In this document: positions 24,501 through 38,300 of the stretch, piece after piece
Position numbering within the stretch: the stretch's first letter is position 1
Layout of the letters: every line of letters begins with the position of its first letter
Assembly: GCA_023213395.1 (NCBI GenBank)
Contig: CM041465.1
Span: forward strand, 197,043,741 to 197,107,740
Source: Cycas panzhihuaensis
Taxonomy: Eukaryota > Plantae > Cycadophyta
DNA: 64,000 bases
Direction of reading: 5' to 3'
Notes under the pieces: model-generated
Told to the model about the DNA's origin: nothing
Databases searched by the model: none
Seen by the model: the letters and a program-made list of their open reading frames with translations, nothing else
Made by a program: the position numbers and the translations under genes

Positions 24501-27500
24501 GACCAGGAGGGAGATTAGGCATGGAACCCACTAGATGTTCTAACAACACCTTGTCGTTCTTGAAGTAATCTATCCCATTGATAGTTGTGCTTAGAGAAGA
24601 TGAGGAATAAGGAGCAGGAGGAGCAGTGGGTCCATAGTGATCGACCCACTATTCAATATTATCAGGGGACTCTTTAGAGGAGTCAGAGGATGATCTCTTG
24701 TGATAGGCAATAGGAGGTCCCCTTGCCTCACCACTCAAGAAGGATGATGGGATGAGAAGGGAAGTCACACAAGAAATAAGGGTAACGATGTATGACTTAG
24801 TGAGGGGACTAGGCTCCTTAATGAAAGAAGCTTTAGGTCAGGACCTAAAATAAAGTAAATACTTCCTACTCATGTTCAAGAGGGATATGGGATGAGGGAG
24901 GTCCTCATCCTCACTATCAGACACATCATCGGTCAACATAACGAGGTACCCATAGATCCCCACACCAATAGGGGTGAAATGAACGAGGTTGGAGGAACAA
25001 GGTGAAGGGCCCTCTTTCAAATAAGATGTACTAGGAATGTCAATAGATCAAGTGAAAGCGTGGGCATATGGGCCCTTTTTGCCCTTCACTGGGTTATTGG
25101 TATGATTGCTTATTAGGAGGAGGATCCTGGGGAAACAACCTTCATTCATCCTTCATGGATGAATTTGAGTTGTCCCCAATGAGATGAATACACGGCTCCC
25201 ATCTGATTGAGCCATGGATGTTCCAATAAAATATTGTAGTCCATGTCTACATCAATGACCATAATGTCAGTGAGGATGATCTTTTCCTCAAGGGTAAGAG
25301 GAATTGAAACAGACCCTAAAGGCATTTTTTTGCTACCATCGTAGCCTTGACAATGCCATGGGACTAGCTTGAGAGTCGCTATGCCTAACTCTTGCATGAT
25401 TTACAAAGGCATAGTGTTGATAGAAGAACCATTATCTATAGTAGTTCTTCGAAGAGTGCACTTAAGAGTGTCTATGGATATAGTGAAAGGGTTGTGCCAT
25501 TGGCATTCCTTTTCATTAGTCAGGGGAGATCTTTAAGGTCAAATGAGATAATGGGTTCACGACTTGGGACAATGCCTAAAGCATGAATAGAAGTGTTAGA
25601 CCAACCCTAAAGTCTCCAAGAGGAGAGTGCATTGTTTTGGACAAATCCTTAAGACATCCATCATGGACATCCCTACAACCACAATATAAAGCTTATTTAT
25701 GATGGAGAAGGGCTTCCCCTTCTCAGTGGGTTGAGAAAGCACCCTTCAAAAATTATAAAGACTAGGGTGAATGGGGATTGTCTTTGGGAGCAACAGAATC
25801 TCCTAAGGAGGATTCCCCAAAGGAGGGTCAAGTTGAAAGGAAGAAGAGGCACCTATGGCCTCTTTAGACGTTTGAGACCAAGTCAAAGCATACAAAGGCA
25901 TGGTCTCAAGCATCTGGATGACTCTCTTTCCTTTATTTGGGGATCGAGAGAGAGAAGGGGTTTGACGGTGAGAATCAGAAGAGGAGGAAGATTTCCTTAC
26001 CCCCTTCCCTTAGCTTGCATGGGATGAGAGTGAGGGGATCTTCCCCTATTTTGATTCACCCTTTGTTGGGTGTGCTGATCTCATTCCCTATGTTTGGGGA
26101 AGGGATCTTTATGAATGGGTTGGTCTAGATTGGGCCTAGACGCCCATTTAGAAGAGGAGTCATAATGCAAGGTAGATTTAGAATGCTGTGCCCTACACTG
26201 TGAACCTCATGGAAGCACTCACCATAAATAGATCACCATTTCTTCTCCAAGGAAGAGTTTATCTTCCTCATTTGAGAAGCATGGGTATTTCCATTCTTAG
26301 AAGGTGCGACTTAGGAAGCTTAGTAAATGAGTTTATAAGATGTTGACGATGAAGAAGGAGCTTGGAGTTTAAGCTCCTTTATCACATATTTGAAAGAACA
26401 ATGCCTTCAAGTGAAGTTTAAGCTCTTTCTATTTTCCTTGTAAGGCGATGCCTTCAAGTGGTTCTATCACCTTCCTACGCATTCAATTCACTCATTCCAA
26501 TAGCTCATAGATGAGTTCATCAACTACTTTGACATTGCTTACCCCTTCGAGAGTGGAATGAAGGCCTTTTATCCCTTAGGAAAGGTCATGAGAAAATGAA
26601 TCTTGACTTTATTAGGCATTTTTATGATCTCCTTCACTCCACGAAGGCTACCTTGCCTGAGGAGTTGAAAAGGGATCTTTTTGTAAACACTCTTTATCCT
26701 GAGGTATATGTTGAGGTCCTCAAGATGGGGGCAATAACATGTGACTCCACTATAGCCAAGTGTTTGGCTCTCCAGTTTATTGAGATCTAAGCAGGTCTTA
26801 AGAAACCTCTTAGATTGTCGCAACAAGATGAGGCACCACCTTTGTCTCACAACACTAAAACTCAACAACCTCCCAAGTCTTCGACCTATTTGATGGAGAA
26901 GACTCTAGACCTATTATATCATCATAGCCCCAATAGTTGATATATGCCATGGAAAATCTCCTACCGTATTCTGTTGGGTCTTGAGAAGAGGTCCCATCAA
27001 ACTTAGGTACCTTAAGAGGATAAGGCAGTAAGTTGATCCTTAACACCTCGATGGGCAAGGGGGTTGACCTATAGTCCACAAAGGGATGGGCCTTTGGTTG
27101 AACTATCGGGTTAACAAAGGATGAAGGAGGAGGTGGACTAGGGTTCCCAAATCCTCCTTAGGAAGTTTGGCTAAAAAGAGGATATAAACTTCCTCCCACT
27201 TGATGGAAAGGGACTAATCCTAGGTGTGAGGGGACTGGAAGAGAGGTAGATGGGTAGGAAGGACCCATCTCCTCTTGAGGATATGCCTCTTGTTGAAAGG
27301 GGACTTAGCAGAAGGCGCCTTGAGGAGGGACTTATCCTCCTTGTGAAGGCACCACATATGAAGAGATGTAATAAGAAGAAACAGATAGGTGCATGACTGA
27401 ATTTTGTCCATATGGGCCATCGGTAGGTGGTATGACACCATATGGGTGAAAGAGGTCCACCTCATAGACAGTAAGAAGATTCCCTTTACCATGTCCCCAT

Positions 27501-28175
27501 GGTTAGGAAATGTATCCTGGGGGCATATAAAGAGACAAATCCTTGGGTTAAGCTTGGGATCGTATGGGGATTTATCCCACATGGCTAGAGGTAGGGGGAC
27601 ATAGAGGCCCCCTAGGTCTAGTAGAAGGTGGATAGACCATGGTTGGCTAAGGTGTGGTTGCCTCACTAGGAGGAGGTATACTCAACCCAATTTGGGAAGT
27701 GGGTATACCTGGAGTGGCCCTTAAAGAATGTGGGCCACAAGAAGAGGAAGGAGTAATGAGGGATGGCCCTATTGTAGATAGTAAAGCTAAGTGGGATGAG
27801 TATGAGGGTGTAAACACAGAGGAGTAGGGCGCCATGCTTCTCAAGATGCTTTCCAACCACTTGGGAGGTGGTTTGAGACTAGCCACTTGGAAGCATTGAT
27901 TAAGCACTTCCACCACATCCATAAGAGGGGTTCTTACTTGCTCATATGAGGTTGAAGGCTCCTCATATAAAGTAAACCTCATAAGATGATCCTCATGGGT
28001 ATTGTCACCAAGATGGTGATACCCCATGGGGGAAGAAGCTTCCTCATCATGAGTGGAAAGATGATGGACATGTGGGTGCTCTTGATCACCCAGATAGAAG
28101 ATGGGGTCTTCATCCTCTTGGGTGGGACCTTAGAAAGAAGTTGAAGGTTACTAGGTTTCAGAAATGTAAGCATGG
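21587..28175 (-). pseudogene. Tat-1 gag-pol pseudogene (Gag, PR, RT, degenerate RH, INT)
   Basis: KVPKFDGTSSQDP (Gag), DYNILLEHPWL (PR), MPFGLKNIGATYQR and VFMDN (RT), GNWAILLQEYDL (RH), KFGPKWVGLF...NGKFLKKFY (INT end). Confidence 0.92.
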
Positions 28176-28437
28176 TATGCCCAATCCAAAGAGAATCCTT
28201 TCATAGTTGATTCAATATCAGACAATAAAAGGAGAGAATAGGGTGAGTCTTCCAAAGAAGTAGGGAGACCTCACAAATGATGAGAGAATTATCGCATACA
28301 AGTCTCTCCTAAGATTTGGAAGAAAGAGGGGTAACAGAATGAAAGATGTTGGGGGTCACCCAACGAAATCGAGAAGGACTACCAAAGGAGAGGTAGCACC
28401 AACAGAAAGGAATCTATGATAGTTCCTTTACTAATAA

Positions 28438-28456
28438 GTCCTCAGTGTGGTCACCA
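28438..28456 (-). other. Primer-binding site of Tat-1 (tRNA-Arg-like)
   Basis: Minus strand TGGTGACCACACTGAGGAC, 1 nt from the LTR. Resembles the TGGCGAC... Arg PBS typical of Tat/Ogre. Confidence 0.7.
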
Positions 28457-28457
28457 G

Positions 28458-31400
28458 TGGAAGCGTACCTCTGGGTGGTCATTAGATGTGAAGGGATCAA
28501 GCCTATATAATCACTAATCAAATGGCTTAAGGATCCTTAAATGTAGGAGGAAAGGTCACCCATAAAGGGCATCTGTTCATTAGAATGCAGGTTCGAGAAC
28601 CTGCAAATAGTACATAAACCTTCCCTTAGGATGAGCACCTTCTCAGATTTGAGATGGGAAAGGGGCTCCCTCAGTTTACCGAGTACTCTCAAAGGGACTC
28701 TCCTATCTTGACGGTTTGAGGAAGAAGAGATAAGGCAAAAAGATGCTTTTCTCAGGAAGGAGGGAAAAGAAGAGGCAAACCCTAATGAAGAGGAGATGCC
28801 TACGGATGAGAAGGAGGTAGCAAATGGAAAGGGTGCAAAGAGGAGGTTCAATAGAAGAACCAACTCCTAGATGGGGTAAAGCAAATGGATGCCTTACCGA
28901 AGGGCACCTAGAGGAGGGTCCTCCTAAGGTTTCCACACACTAGGTGGATAGCTGGGTGTGTAAGATGCTATGTGATATGTTCTTATTTTGTTTTAGATGA
29001 GTAGTGTAGTGATATGAAGTGTTACTATCACTAAATTATTACAAATTAAGAGGAGAAAAAGAACAATAACAACATTCTCTTTTGACTCTCATTTCCTCTC
29101 TCTCTTTTTTTTTTCTTTTACGAATGATAATAGAAACAAAGGAACCAAGAGGAAGAGAAATCACATGAAAAGAGTGTGACAATTAATGCAAACTACCCTA
29201 GTAGTGCATGGGAAGGAGAAGTAATAATAGAGGGGCTTAAATCCCTTTGTATCCTTATTCTAGTAAATGCAAGAACATGCAAAAAATAATGGGAATGCAA
29301 CAAAGGGGTGAAACTATTTCGCTAGTAGAGTTAATGCCTACTAATGTAAGGGGCAATTTCTTTTCCTAATGAGTGTAATTTGAGCAATCCACAAGTAATA
29401 AAAAGTATATATGACCTTTCCTTTTATTTTTTTCTTTTGGGAGAGGGGGAGAAGGATGAGAAATAAGATAAAGTCAGAAGAGGTGCACCTGGAACCGTGA
29501 TGGTTGGTGTAGCAAGCTTTTCTCTTTTTGCTCCTTGCCACGGTTGGCATCGTAAGAAAAGTGTTGGCGAGGCTTACTTACCTTCCTTAAAGAACTTATA
29601 TAAATGGAAATAAAAAAAGAGTTACAAAGGAAAAGGAAAGCTTAAAATAAAGTGATGAAAGTAAAAGGAGTACCCATACCTTCTATAATAATCCTTGCTT
29701 ACTTCAAAAGCAAAACCTGCATAACAAGTTGATTTCCCCTTCCATGGGTGCTATATGTACATAAGAGCAAAGGTGCATTTGTATATATATGTCTATGCTT
29801 ACTAAAAGAAAAGGAAAATGTAACCTTATTTAAATGCTTTTAAAAAGAAATGACATGTTGTTCAAACCTTCTTTTACATGCATGTGAAATGCTCAAGCAA
29901 CTTTGGGAGAAATAGGGGTAGAAGGGGAGAGAAAGAGAGCCTCGAAATGGCTAGCTCTTCGAATAAGACACCTCCACACACTCAAGTGCTCCAAACTAGT
30001 AGATCAAACAAGAGGTTATAGCTTTCAAGCAAGCAAAATAGTAATAAAATTTACAAGAAGTAGTGCTTGCGAAAAAAAACTGCAAAAGTTACAAATGTTA
30101 CAAAAGTTGTAAAAGTTAAAATATGCAACTTTTGCAAGATAAAGCAAGAAACTTGCAAACTACAAGATATGTTGACATGAATCAGATTTTAATGGCATAT
30201 GAGAGCTAGTTACAGGCATTGCAAGTAGCTGCAAATACTACAACCAACTAAATCCATTCCCTTAAGGATTTCTGGGCATGCAAGATAGGTGTAAGATGGG
30301 AGAAGTTATGAAGGGTAGGGGGATACCCTAAAGGAGGTGGCTAAGAGGGTCAGAACCCTAGACTTAAGCTCCTCTCTCTCTTTTCTACAATTTTTCCCAC
30401 AACCTTCTTAGTAGAAGCCCAAAAGAAACCTCAAGAGGTGAGGAGGGTGAGCTGAGAGAAGGAAGGGTTTGCCTTCCAAAGAATAAATGTATAGAAGAGG
30501 TTAGTGGAAAACCCAGAATGATATTCAGAAAGTGCTACTGTTAAATGAAGGAAACAATAAAATGCATGCCTAAAAATCTCTACCAAAACTAACTTGAAAT
30601 AATTTTTACCTTATAGATTGGCTAGGAAGGGAGGATCTCCCCTGATGGATGGAGGAAGGTTCCATTTAACAGTGTAAGAGAGTGTGAAACCTACAGAAAA
30701 CATGATGCAATGATTAGAGAGAGTACTTGGGAGGAGAACCTTACTTGGATTAGACTATTGCAAACCTGTAATTTAAGGTTTTTTCCATAAGGAAGAAAGA
30801 GACAAGAGAGGAGAGTAGGAGATAGCTGAAGGAGGCCTTTCTTTCTTTCTAAAAATGAACCAAGAAGAAATAAATGAGCTTAAAATTAGATTTTTATACC
30901 CAACCCTAACTTATTGAGTGATTAGGGATCACCCTAAGTGGGAAACAACCTGATGCCACATGTCAGTTTTACAATTAATGTGAAATTTGTCATTACCAGG
31001 CCAAAAATCCAAATGGATAGTCACACTATGCCAAACTTCACAGTACTATGGAGTTTGCCATAGTACCGCGAACAATGTTGCAGTGCACTCAAAGCAAGGT
31101 AAAAAAATAAAGGGGGCCTAGAAGTCCCCCAAAAGGGGGTCCTAGACCCTAAAAGAGAAAAATAGTGGGTTATCAGGGTGTTTAGGAGACTTTAAGTGTT
31201 AGTGGGACCACAACCAACAAAGAAAATGTGGTAATTAGGTCCCAATGTGAGACAAGTGGCAAGTGAAGAGGTGATCATGCCTAAACAGGTTGTTAAGGAT
31301 CACATGATGCTAACAAAGGTGATCAAAAGTGATCTGCAAGAGTTGGGAGTATTTAAGAATGCTGTGGAGGTGTGATAGAGGGCCATAATATGCCATGGGC

Positions 31401-31615
31401 CATTTGTCCTAAGTCGTCATAGGCTAAAATAGTAGATGCAAGCATAAGTGAGCAGGCACGTTAGGCATAACAACCATGCAGATGATCAATGCTATGCTAA
31501 ATGTGTCTAATGAATATTCAATTACATTATGAAGTAAATGAAAGGTGAGGTTAGAAATATACCTGTGCTTACCTGATAGGTGTCATCTATGTCCATTCTT
31601 AGTAGGCGAGAAACA
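28458..31615 (-). repeat. 5' LTR of Tat-1 (3158 bp)
   Basis: TGGAAGCGTAC...GAAACA, followed by TSD CCAAG. Confidence 0.93.
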
Positions 31616-32440
31616 CCAAGTTTGAAGAAAAATCTTCTTTCTACATCATAATTAAGAAAGAAGAAACTTTAAGTGATACTTCATGAAAATGGAAAACATT
31701 ATATTCAAGATATGGAGAAAGGAGGCAAAATCATTGCTGAAGGGATAAAAATTGATAATCTTTATAAATTAATTTCTACTCCCATTATCTTTTCTATAAA
31801 AACTCTTACTATTTAGAGTAATGATAATGAAATTTGACATTTATGTTATAGATATAGTACAGATAATGGATTAAAAATACTAAAAAATCTTGCTATAGTT
31901 GATGGACTGCCTACTAATTTTATAATAAACTCCTATGTCTATAGAAGTTGTATGCTATGCAAGCAATACAAAATACCATTTTAAGAAAGTAATTATGAAA
32001 TGAAAGAAAAGTTGGACTTGGTCCATAATACCATATGGATCAATTATATTGAACTTTGTTAATGGTATTACGTATTTTCTTAATTTCATAGATGATTTCA
32101 CCAAAAAAGCTTGGGTATTTTTTATCTTTAGTAAATTAGAGGTTTTTGATTACTTTAAAGAATTTAAAGTTCAAAGTAAGTTAGAAAGTAGGCACAGGAT
32201 CAAAATGTTTAGAATAGATAGAGATGGAGAATATGTTTCAAATGAATTTTTAATTTTTTATAAAATTCATGGTATTCATAGATAAATCACTACTCCATAC
32301 ACTCCATAATCAAATGGAGTAGCTAAAGAATTGAATAAAATCATAATAGATATGACATAATGTATGATAAAAGAGAAAGATGTTTCAAACATCTATTAGG
32401 CTGAGGTAATTAATATTATTATTTATTTAATAAATAAAAG

Positions 32441-33210
32441 TACGTGCTGCCTTTTCCACTTCAATCATTCCTAAGAAATAAGTAACACAATAGACTGCAC
32501 AGATTATATTAGGGCATTAAAACCATCTTTTTATTACCAAAAAGGTCATACGTCAAGTCCTCTCACAACTTGACGCAGACTAGAATAGTACAATAAAAAA
32601 ACTACAGTATTAATGACTAAGAGAAGTAATACATACATAGACCTTCCTTTTGTCTAGGGACTCTTTTATCTATTCTACTATTAGTTACATTAGGTATATA
32701 CAGTTATCCTTATAATTATTTGTTACATTTAATCTTAATTCCTTGGTGATGTCATTCATACTGGTCATATCTATGGAGGTTTTAGTCACACCTACAATTG
32801 TCCTGGTCACACCTACAGTAATCTTGGTCGCACCTCAATTTGTTCTAGTCATACTTGGAGTTGTCTTGGTTTCACCTGTAGTAATCTTGATCGGACCTAA
32901 AATTGTTCTAGTCGCATCTGGAGTTGTCCTAGTTGCACCTAAAGTTGTTTTGGTCACACCTGGAGTTGTCTTGGTTTCACCTACAGTAATCCTGGTAGCA
33001 CCTAAAGTTGTTCTGATTGCACCTAGGGTTGTCCTAGTTACACTTGCAGTAATTTTGGTCACACTTAAAGTTATTTTGGTTGCACTTGAAGTTGTTCTAG
33101 TTATACCTAGAGTAATCTTGGTCATACCTGGAGTTATCTTAGTTGCACCTGAAGTTCTCCTAGTTGCACTCAAAGTTATCTTTTCTAATGTGCCTTTCCT
33201 CCAACACACA
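32441..33210 (-). repeat. 3' LTR of the Athila-like element (770 bp)
   Basis: TACGTGCTGCC...CCAACACACA. Homologous to 41785-42529. The PPT (minus strand ATAGGAGAGA) is adjacent at 33211-33220. Confidence 0.9.
32764..33183. repeat. 21-bp tandem array, 20 units, inside the LTR
   Basis: Units resemble GTCACACCTGGAGTTGTCTTG. The array explains the heptad-repeat ORFs on both strands. Confidence 0.95.
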
Positions 33211-33404
33211 TCTCTCCTATGGCCTATTCTATGAGTGACCTCACTCATTCTTAAAAATTTCAAAATTTTTTCTCTTTCACTCCTTCTTCCCTCCCAAATC
33301 TTTGAAAATTTTAAAGTAGACTCCTGCCCCTATTGAGCCTTTCTCTAAGCATCGCTTATCTTTGCTCATTTTCACCTTATATACTCCATATCTGGCCATG
33401 CTAT

Positions 33405-35050
33405 TTACAGAGGTAGACTTAACCCTTTTTATTTTACATATTCACATAACAATGCTAAATTTTGAACCTCATCTAACTTTGCCAATGTAGGCATTTCTCC
33501 AATTTGTAATTGCTTTATTTCCCATGCCATTTCTTCATTCATCTTTTGAACACCTTTTAATTTAGATCGATATGTGTATTTTCTTCTACATAACTCCACA
33601 CATCATTGAGTTTCCTCATCATTTTTAAAAATTTAGGCACCAAGATGATGAAATACACGCTAAAGATCTTCTGAGATATATTGACTAAATTTTCTTTAGA
33701 TCTCTCTAATTCAGGTATAATCTCATCAACATCATCGACCCATTAAAGTATGAAGGTCTTTAATGCTTCCATCTTTGTTTTTGATTACTACAACTCCCTT
33801 TCTAATTCATTTATACGTTCTATATTTGAAGGAGGTCTTGTGATTTAGTGCTCCAATTCTGTAACAAACTACTTTATTACCTGAGCTAGGAATAAAGTTT
33901 TATAGTTCGAGACATCTTATGGGTCACTTTTTATGGGATTTAAACCTTCTTCCATGATTCACTTATTTATTGAATATTCTACTTATGGGTCTTCATTATT
34001 TAATTGCTCAATGATCTCTTGCTGTCGTTTCTTCTGAGCTTGTTTTATCTTTTGTTGTTATTCATACCAACCTTTAATAGGTTCATTCATGCAGGGTTCT
34101 GTTTTATTTTCTGGTTCTCCATTTTCTAACTCTTGTTCTTCTACTTTCCTTTTCCCTAACTTAATCTATTCCTTTTCCCCTTCAATTTCTATCTTTTCTT
34201 TTTCCTGCAAGGTCTCCTCTTCTCATTGTTCCATCACATTTCTTTCTACTATTGGGTTTATTTACTGATATCTCTTATGGGGCTATTTCTTTACCTTGGC
34301 CTACACTTCTACCCATTCTAGATCATTAACCTTATTAAATTTTTCCATCCAACAAGCTAAAGGAACTTGACCTTCTTCCAGAGTCAACATTTGTAGTTCT
34401 TTTGATTGCACAAATAGTAATCCTTATAGCACTATAACATGGTAAAAGGTCACCAATTTCTTAGTTTCGTATATTGTCTTTAAACTTTTCAGGAGATGAT
34501 GTGTCATAAACCCTACCTAGTCAAATTGGATTCCTTTTGCCACTTGATTCAGCATCATTCTCAAATTATATGGCACGTAAAGACTTTTTGTGTTAAAATT
34601 ACTCTTGTAAAAATAAAGTGTGCTAACAATCTTTTTTCTAAATTTTAAATCCCTATAATTCTGATACCTGACTAGAAACATCCTTCTCATTAGCCCCTAA
34701 TTATTTTGCTACCTTTTATCTTTGTATTTGTTTGTCCTAAATAGTTGGCTTCCCTATGCTAGGTAATCCTATTAATGCTGCTATGGTTTCACTTGATATT
34801 TTTAAAATCTATGGCCTTTTTGACAACATTGAAGTAATAAGTAATAAAAATTTTGGAGAACATGGAAATGTGCCTATAGAAATATACTTATCTAGTCTCG
34901 TGTTCACTATCATTTTCTTCCTTTCATCCTCATCTTCTATCTGCAATCAATCGGCTTGAATTCATGGATCATCATTTTCCCTAAAAATGTTATTCTTTCT
35001 AAGCTCCTTCATTTTTGCCATTATGTAGTCCCACTTATTTTCTAAAACTA
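33405..35050 (-). pseudogene. Extra sense ORF downstream of INT (env-like/accessory position), degenerate
   Basis: Manual translation: LKISSETIAALIGLPSIGKP...QVAKGIQFD*VGFMTHHLL, then a long Glu/Lys-rich, coiled-coil-like tail ending ...LCEYVK*KGLSLPL*. Confidence 0.6.
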
Positions 35051-35389
35051 GGGATCTTTACCTCTTATGTCATTATTCTTCACTGTTCATCATCATATCA
35101 TAATGAAGTTCCTGATAATTGATCAACTTATTTTCCTCCATGTTTGCATCTACGATGCTTTTTTCTCTTGCGATGATAGTCATATGATCTTTGTAAATGA
35201 TGACACTTACTCTTTGTTGTTCTTTTATGATAGTCACATGATCATTGTTGATGATGTCGCTTGTACTTATCTTGTATTTATTGATGGTCATATGTCCTTA
35301 ATTTGTTATAATAACTTCTTTGTCATGTACTTTATTATGATTTGATGATCTATTCCCTTAGTATCAATGCTATATATATATATTTTTAA

Positions 35390-38300
35390 TACCTATAAAG
35401 TTTTAATTTACTGCCATTGACGAGTTTTATCAATAGATTACCATCTAATTATTCTAATTTGGCTATTCCATTTTCACCAATATGACTAACTTTATAAGGT
35501 CCCAACCACCCAATTTTTATTTTACTTGGTTTTATTCTAAATTTACTATCATACACTAAAACTAGGTCATTTACCTTATACTATGGAGCTTTTAAGTGCC
35601 AGTCATGCCACACTTTTCTTTAGGATTTTTTTACTTGTAATTCCCATAAGGCTTTGGCTTGTTCCTCATCTAATTTTAATAATTAGACTAACCATTGATT
35701 GTATGAATCTTCTTCTCCAATTCTGACTTATGTTATCCAATAGTTTTCTGCTTAAAACTCCAAGGGAATTATTGCTTCCAATCCATATACAAGTTGGAAT
35801 GGTATACACTTATGAGGTCATTTCCTCATTGTTCTATCTACCCATAATACTGAGTGCAATCTATCTGTCCAATCCGTATGATCCATATTAAATTTTTTTA
35901 TTAGAGTAGTTTCTTAAATTTTATTAGTGCTTTCTACTTTTTTGTTTACTCTTGGATAATATGGAGAAGATTTACTATGCTGAATTAAAAATTCTACTAT
36001 CAGATGCTTAATAGTTTGATTTAAAAAACTACTTCCTTGGTCTAACACGATTTCTAGTGGATAGCCAAATTGTACTATAAAAATTTCATATAAAAATCTA
36101 GTAGTGCTTCTTGCATCATACTATTTCATAGGTTTTGCCTTAGTCCATTTAGTCATAAAGTTTATGGCTACTAGGATATACTAGGCATTTGTTCAACTTG
36201 TTGGAGGGCTAATTGGTTCTACAAAATCCAACCCCCATTTTTTGAATGGAGCCATGGCTAGAATTGGATGTAATGGTAGATGATTCACTTTCGAAGGTTT
36301 ACCTATTCTCTAACATACATAATAGGTTTTTACCCATTTCTCTATATCTTCAAATAGGGTTGGCCACCATAATCCTACCAATAGTATTTTCTTTGCTGTT
36401 GATTCACCCCCTAGTGGGCAACTTCCATTCTTTTGTGGGATTCCCTAAGTATATATTGTACTTTATATTTAAAGATGCATCTTCTTAGAACCTTATCAGG
36501 TCCTAATTTATAGAGCATTCCTCCTATTAGCTGAAATGGGAAAGCTTTCTTAATAAATCTTTTCCTTTCTATTCTATCCAAGCCTTTGGGTGTCTATCCT
36601 GTTGCGAAATATTCAACAATACCTTTATACCATGAGGTAATGGCCTCAATTTGGAATACTTTATGATATGGAAAGTCATCATTTACCCCTGCTTCTGTGT
36701 TTTCTTATATGATTCTCGACAATTAATCTGGTACAATGTTCTTTTCACCTTTCTTAATTATAATGTTAAACATGAATTCCTAAAAGAGCAAGGGCTAGTG
36801 ATTAATCCTTCCTTGTGGAATTGGTTTGTTGATTAAATACTTCAAGGCTTAGTGGTCTACAAAAAACACAAAAGGATTAGCTAATAAGTAAGGCCCAAAG
36901 TTTTGTAAGGTATACACCATACCCAATCCTTCTTTTTTAGCAATAGTGTAGTTATGTTCTGCTGAGGTCAGCTTCCTACTCATAAATGCAATGGGAAGAT
37001 CCATTTTTTAATTTGTTGGTTGAGCTAGGATACATTCGATTGCATACAATGAGGCATCTACATAAACATGAAAGGGTTTGTTCTAGTCTAGAAACCTTAA
37101 TACAGGAGCTTCAACTAATTTTCTTTTCAAAAGACTAAATGCTAATTATTATTTTAATGACCAATTCCAGACCAATGCCTTTTTCAACAACATTTCTAGT
37201 GGATGGGTAATTTGAGCATATTCCCATATAGATTTTTAGTAATATCCCATCATTCCCAAGAATCCTTTTAATTCTTTCATGTTTTTTGGCACTGGAAAAT
37301 TTAAAATCACCGCTACTTTCAATGGATTTGTCAACATCCCTTGTTTTGTTACGATATAACCCAATAATGACCCAAATGGTACCATAAAGGTACATTTTTC
37401 TAGGTTCAGACATAGTTCACTTTTCCTATAGATTTCTAGCATTAATCTCAAATTATCTAGATGATTTTTTAGTAATCCATACAGAGTCCAATCATCCAAA
37501 AAGACGTCTATTGTTTTCCCTATTACATCTTGAAAAATGTTTAGGATGACTCTTTAGAATGTAGCAGGTACATTTGTCAACCCAAATGGCATTACTCTAT
37601 AGGCATATGTGCCCCATTATGTTACAAATATGGTCATTAATTGATCTACTCATGCTATGCGTACTTGATTATATCCTTCAAATCAATCTATAAAAGAAAA
37701 TACTTCATGTTCAACAACTTTTTTAAGCATGTCCTCCATGAATGGTATAGGGAAGGGATCCCTTTTTATGTTTTTGTTCAACATCCTATAATATATACAA
37801 ACTCTCAATTTCCCATTCTTTTTAGGCACTACCACTATTGGATTGAACCATTTTTTGTTTTCTTCTTTAAAATGTATTGTGCATTTAACAACTTATCTAA
37901 TTCTAATTTTACCTACTCCATGTACTTTTGATTCATTCGATTGGGTCTTTGTCTAAATGGTTTAGTGTTTTCCAGTAACTCAATCTTATGTTCTCTCAGT
38001 TCTAGGGGTATCCCTTTCAGGTCCTTATAGGACCATGCAAAAATATATTTATACTCTCTAAAGAGTCTAGTTGCTTGTTGAATTATATCTGGGGCCCAAT
38101 AATCTTCTATAGTGAGTAGTTTAGGTTCTTCTTTCAATCCAATGTTGACATTTCTTGTCTACAATTCCTTCCCTTACACCAAATTTCCATCTGGTTTTAG
38201 TTCATACATAGGAGTTTGATAAATTCTCCTTTCTTCATATTCCAAATTGGAATAAGATGGAGGGAAGGTCTTCATTTCCACTTCTTGTTCTTATTTCTGT

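Larger units (their letters stand above)
13527..31615 (-). mobile_element. Tat-1: full-length Ty3/gypsy Tat-lineage LTR retrotransposon (about 18.1 kb)
   Basis: Paired LTRs of about 3.16 kb with TG...CA ends; TSD CCAGG/CCAAG; tRNA-Arg-like PBS; PPT; gag-PR-RT-RH-INT on the minus strand; extra aRH and antisense PMD genes in the 3' region. Confidence 0.95.

Noticed and set aside
24300-25140. Ogre-type intron or an aRH between PR and RT in the Tat elements
   Set aside because: The region aligns as a coding Ser/Pro/acidic linker in both copies (171-aa open frame at 54663-55178) and has no RNase H motifs.
32764-33183. CRISPR-like array
   Set aside because: The units are contiguous and degenerate with no unique spacers, there are no cas genes, and the context is a eukaryotic LTR.
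32743-33263. Val-rich and Thr-rich heptad-repeat ORFs on both strands (also 42022-42523) as novel repeat proteins
   Set aside because: They are by-products of a 21-bp unit that lacks stop codons in those frames, inside LTRs. There is no independent evidence of coding.
35060-35345. Three degenerate repeats of about 55 bp and overlapping short ORFs after INT
   Set aside because: Low-complexity spacer with only a short shared core (CATRTGACYATCA). Too weak to assign a function.
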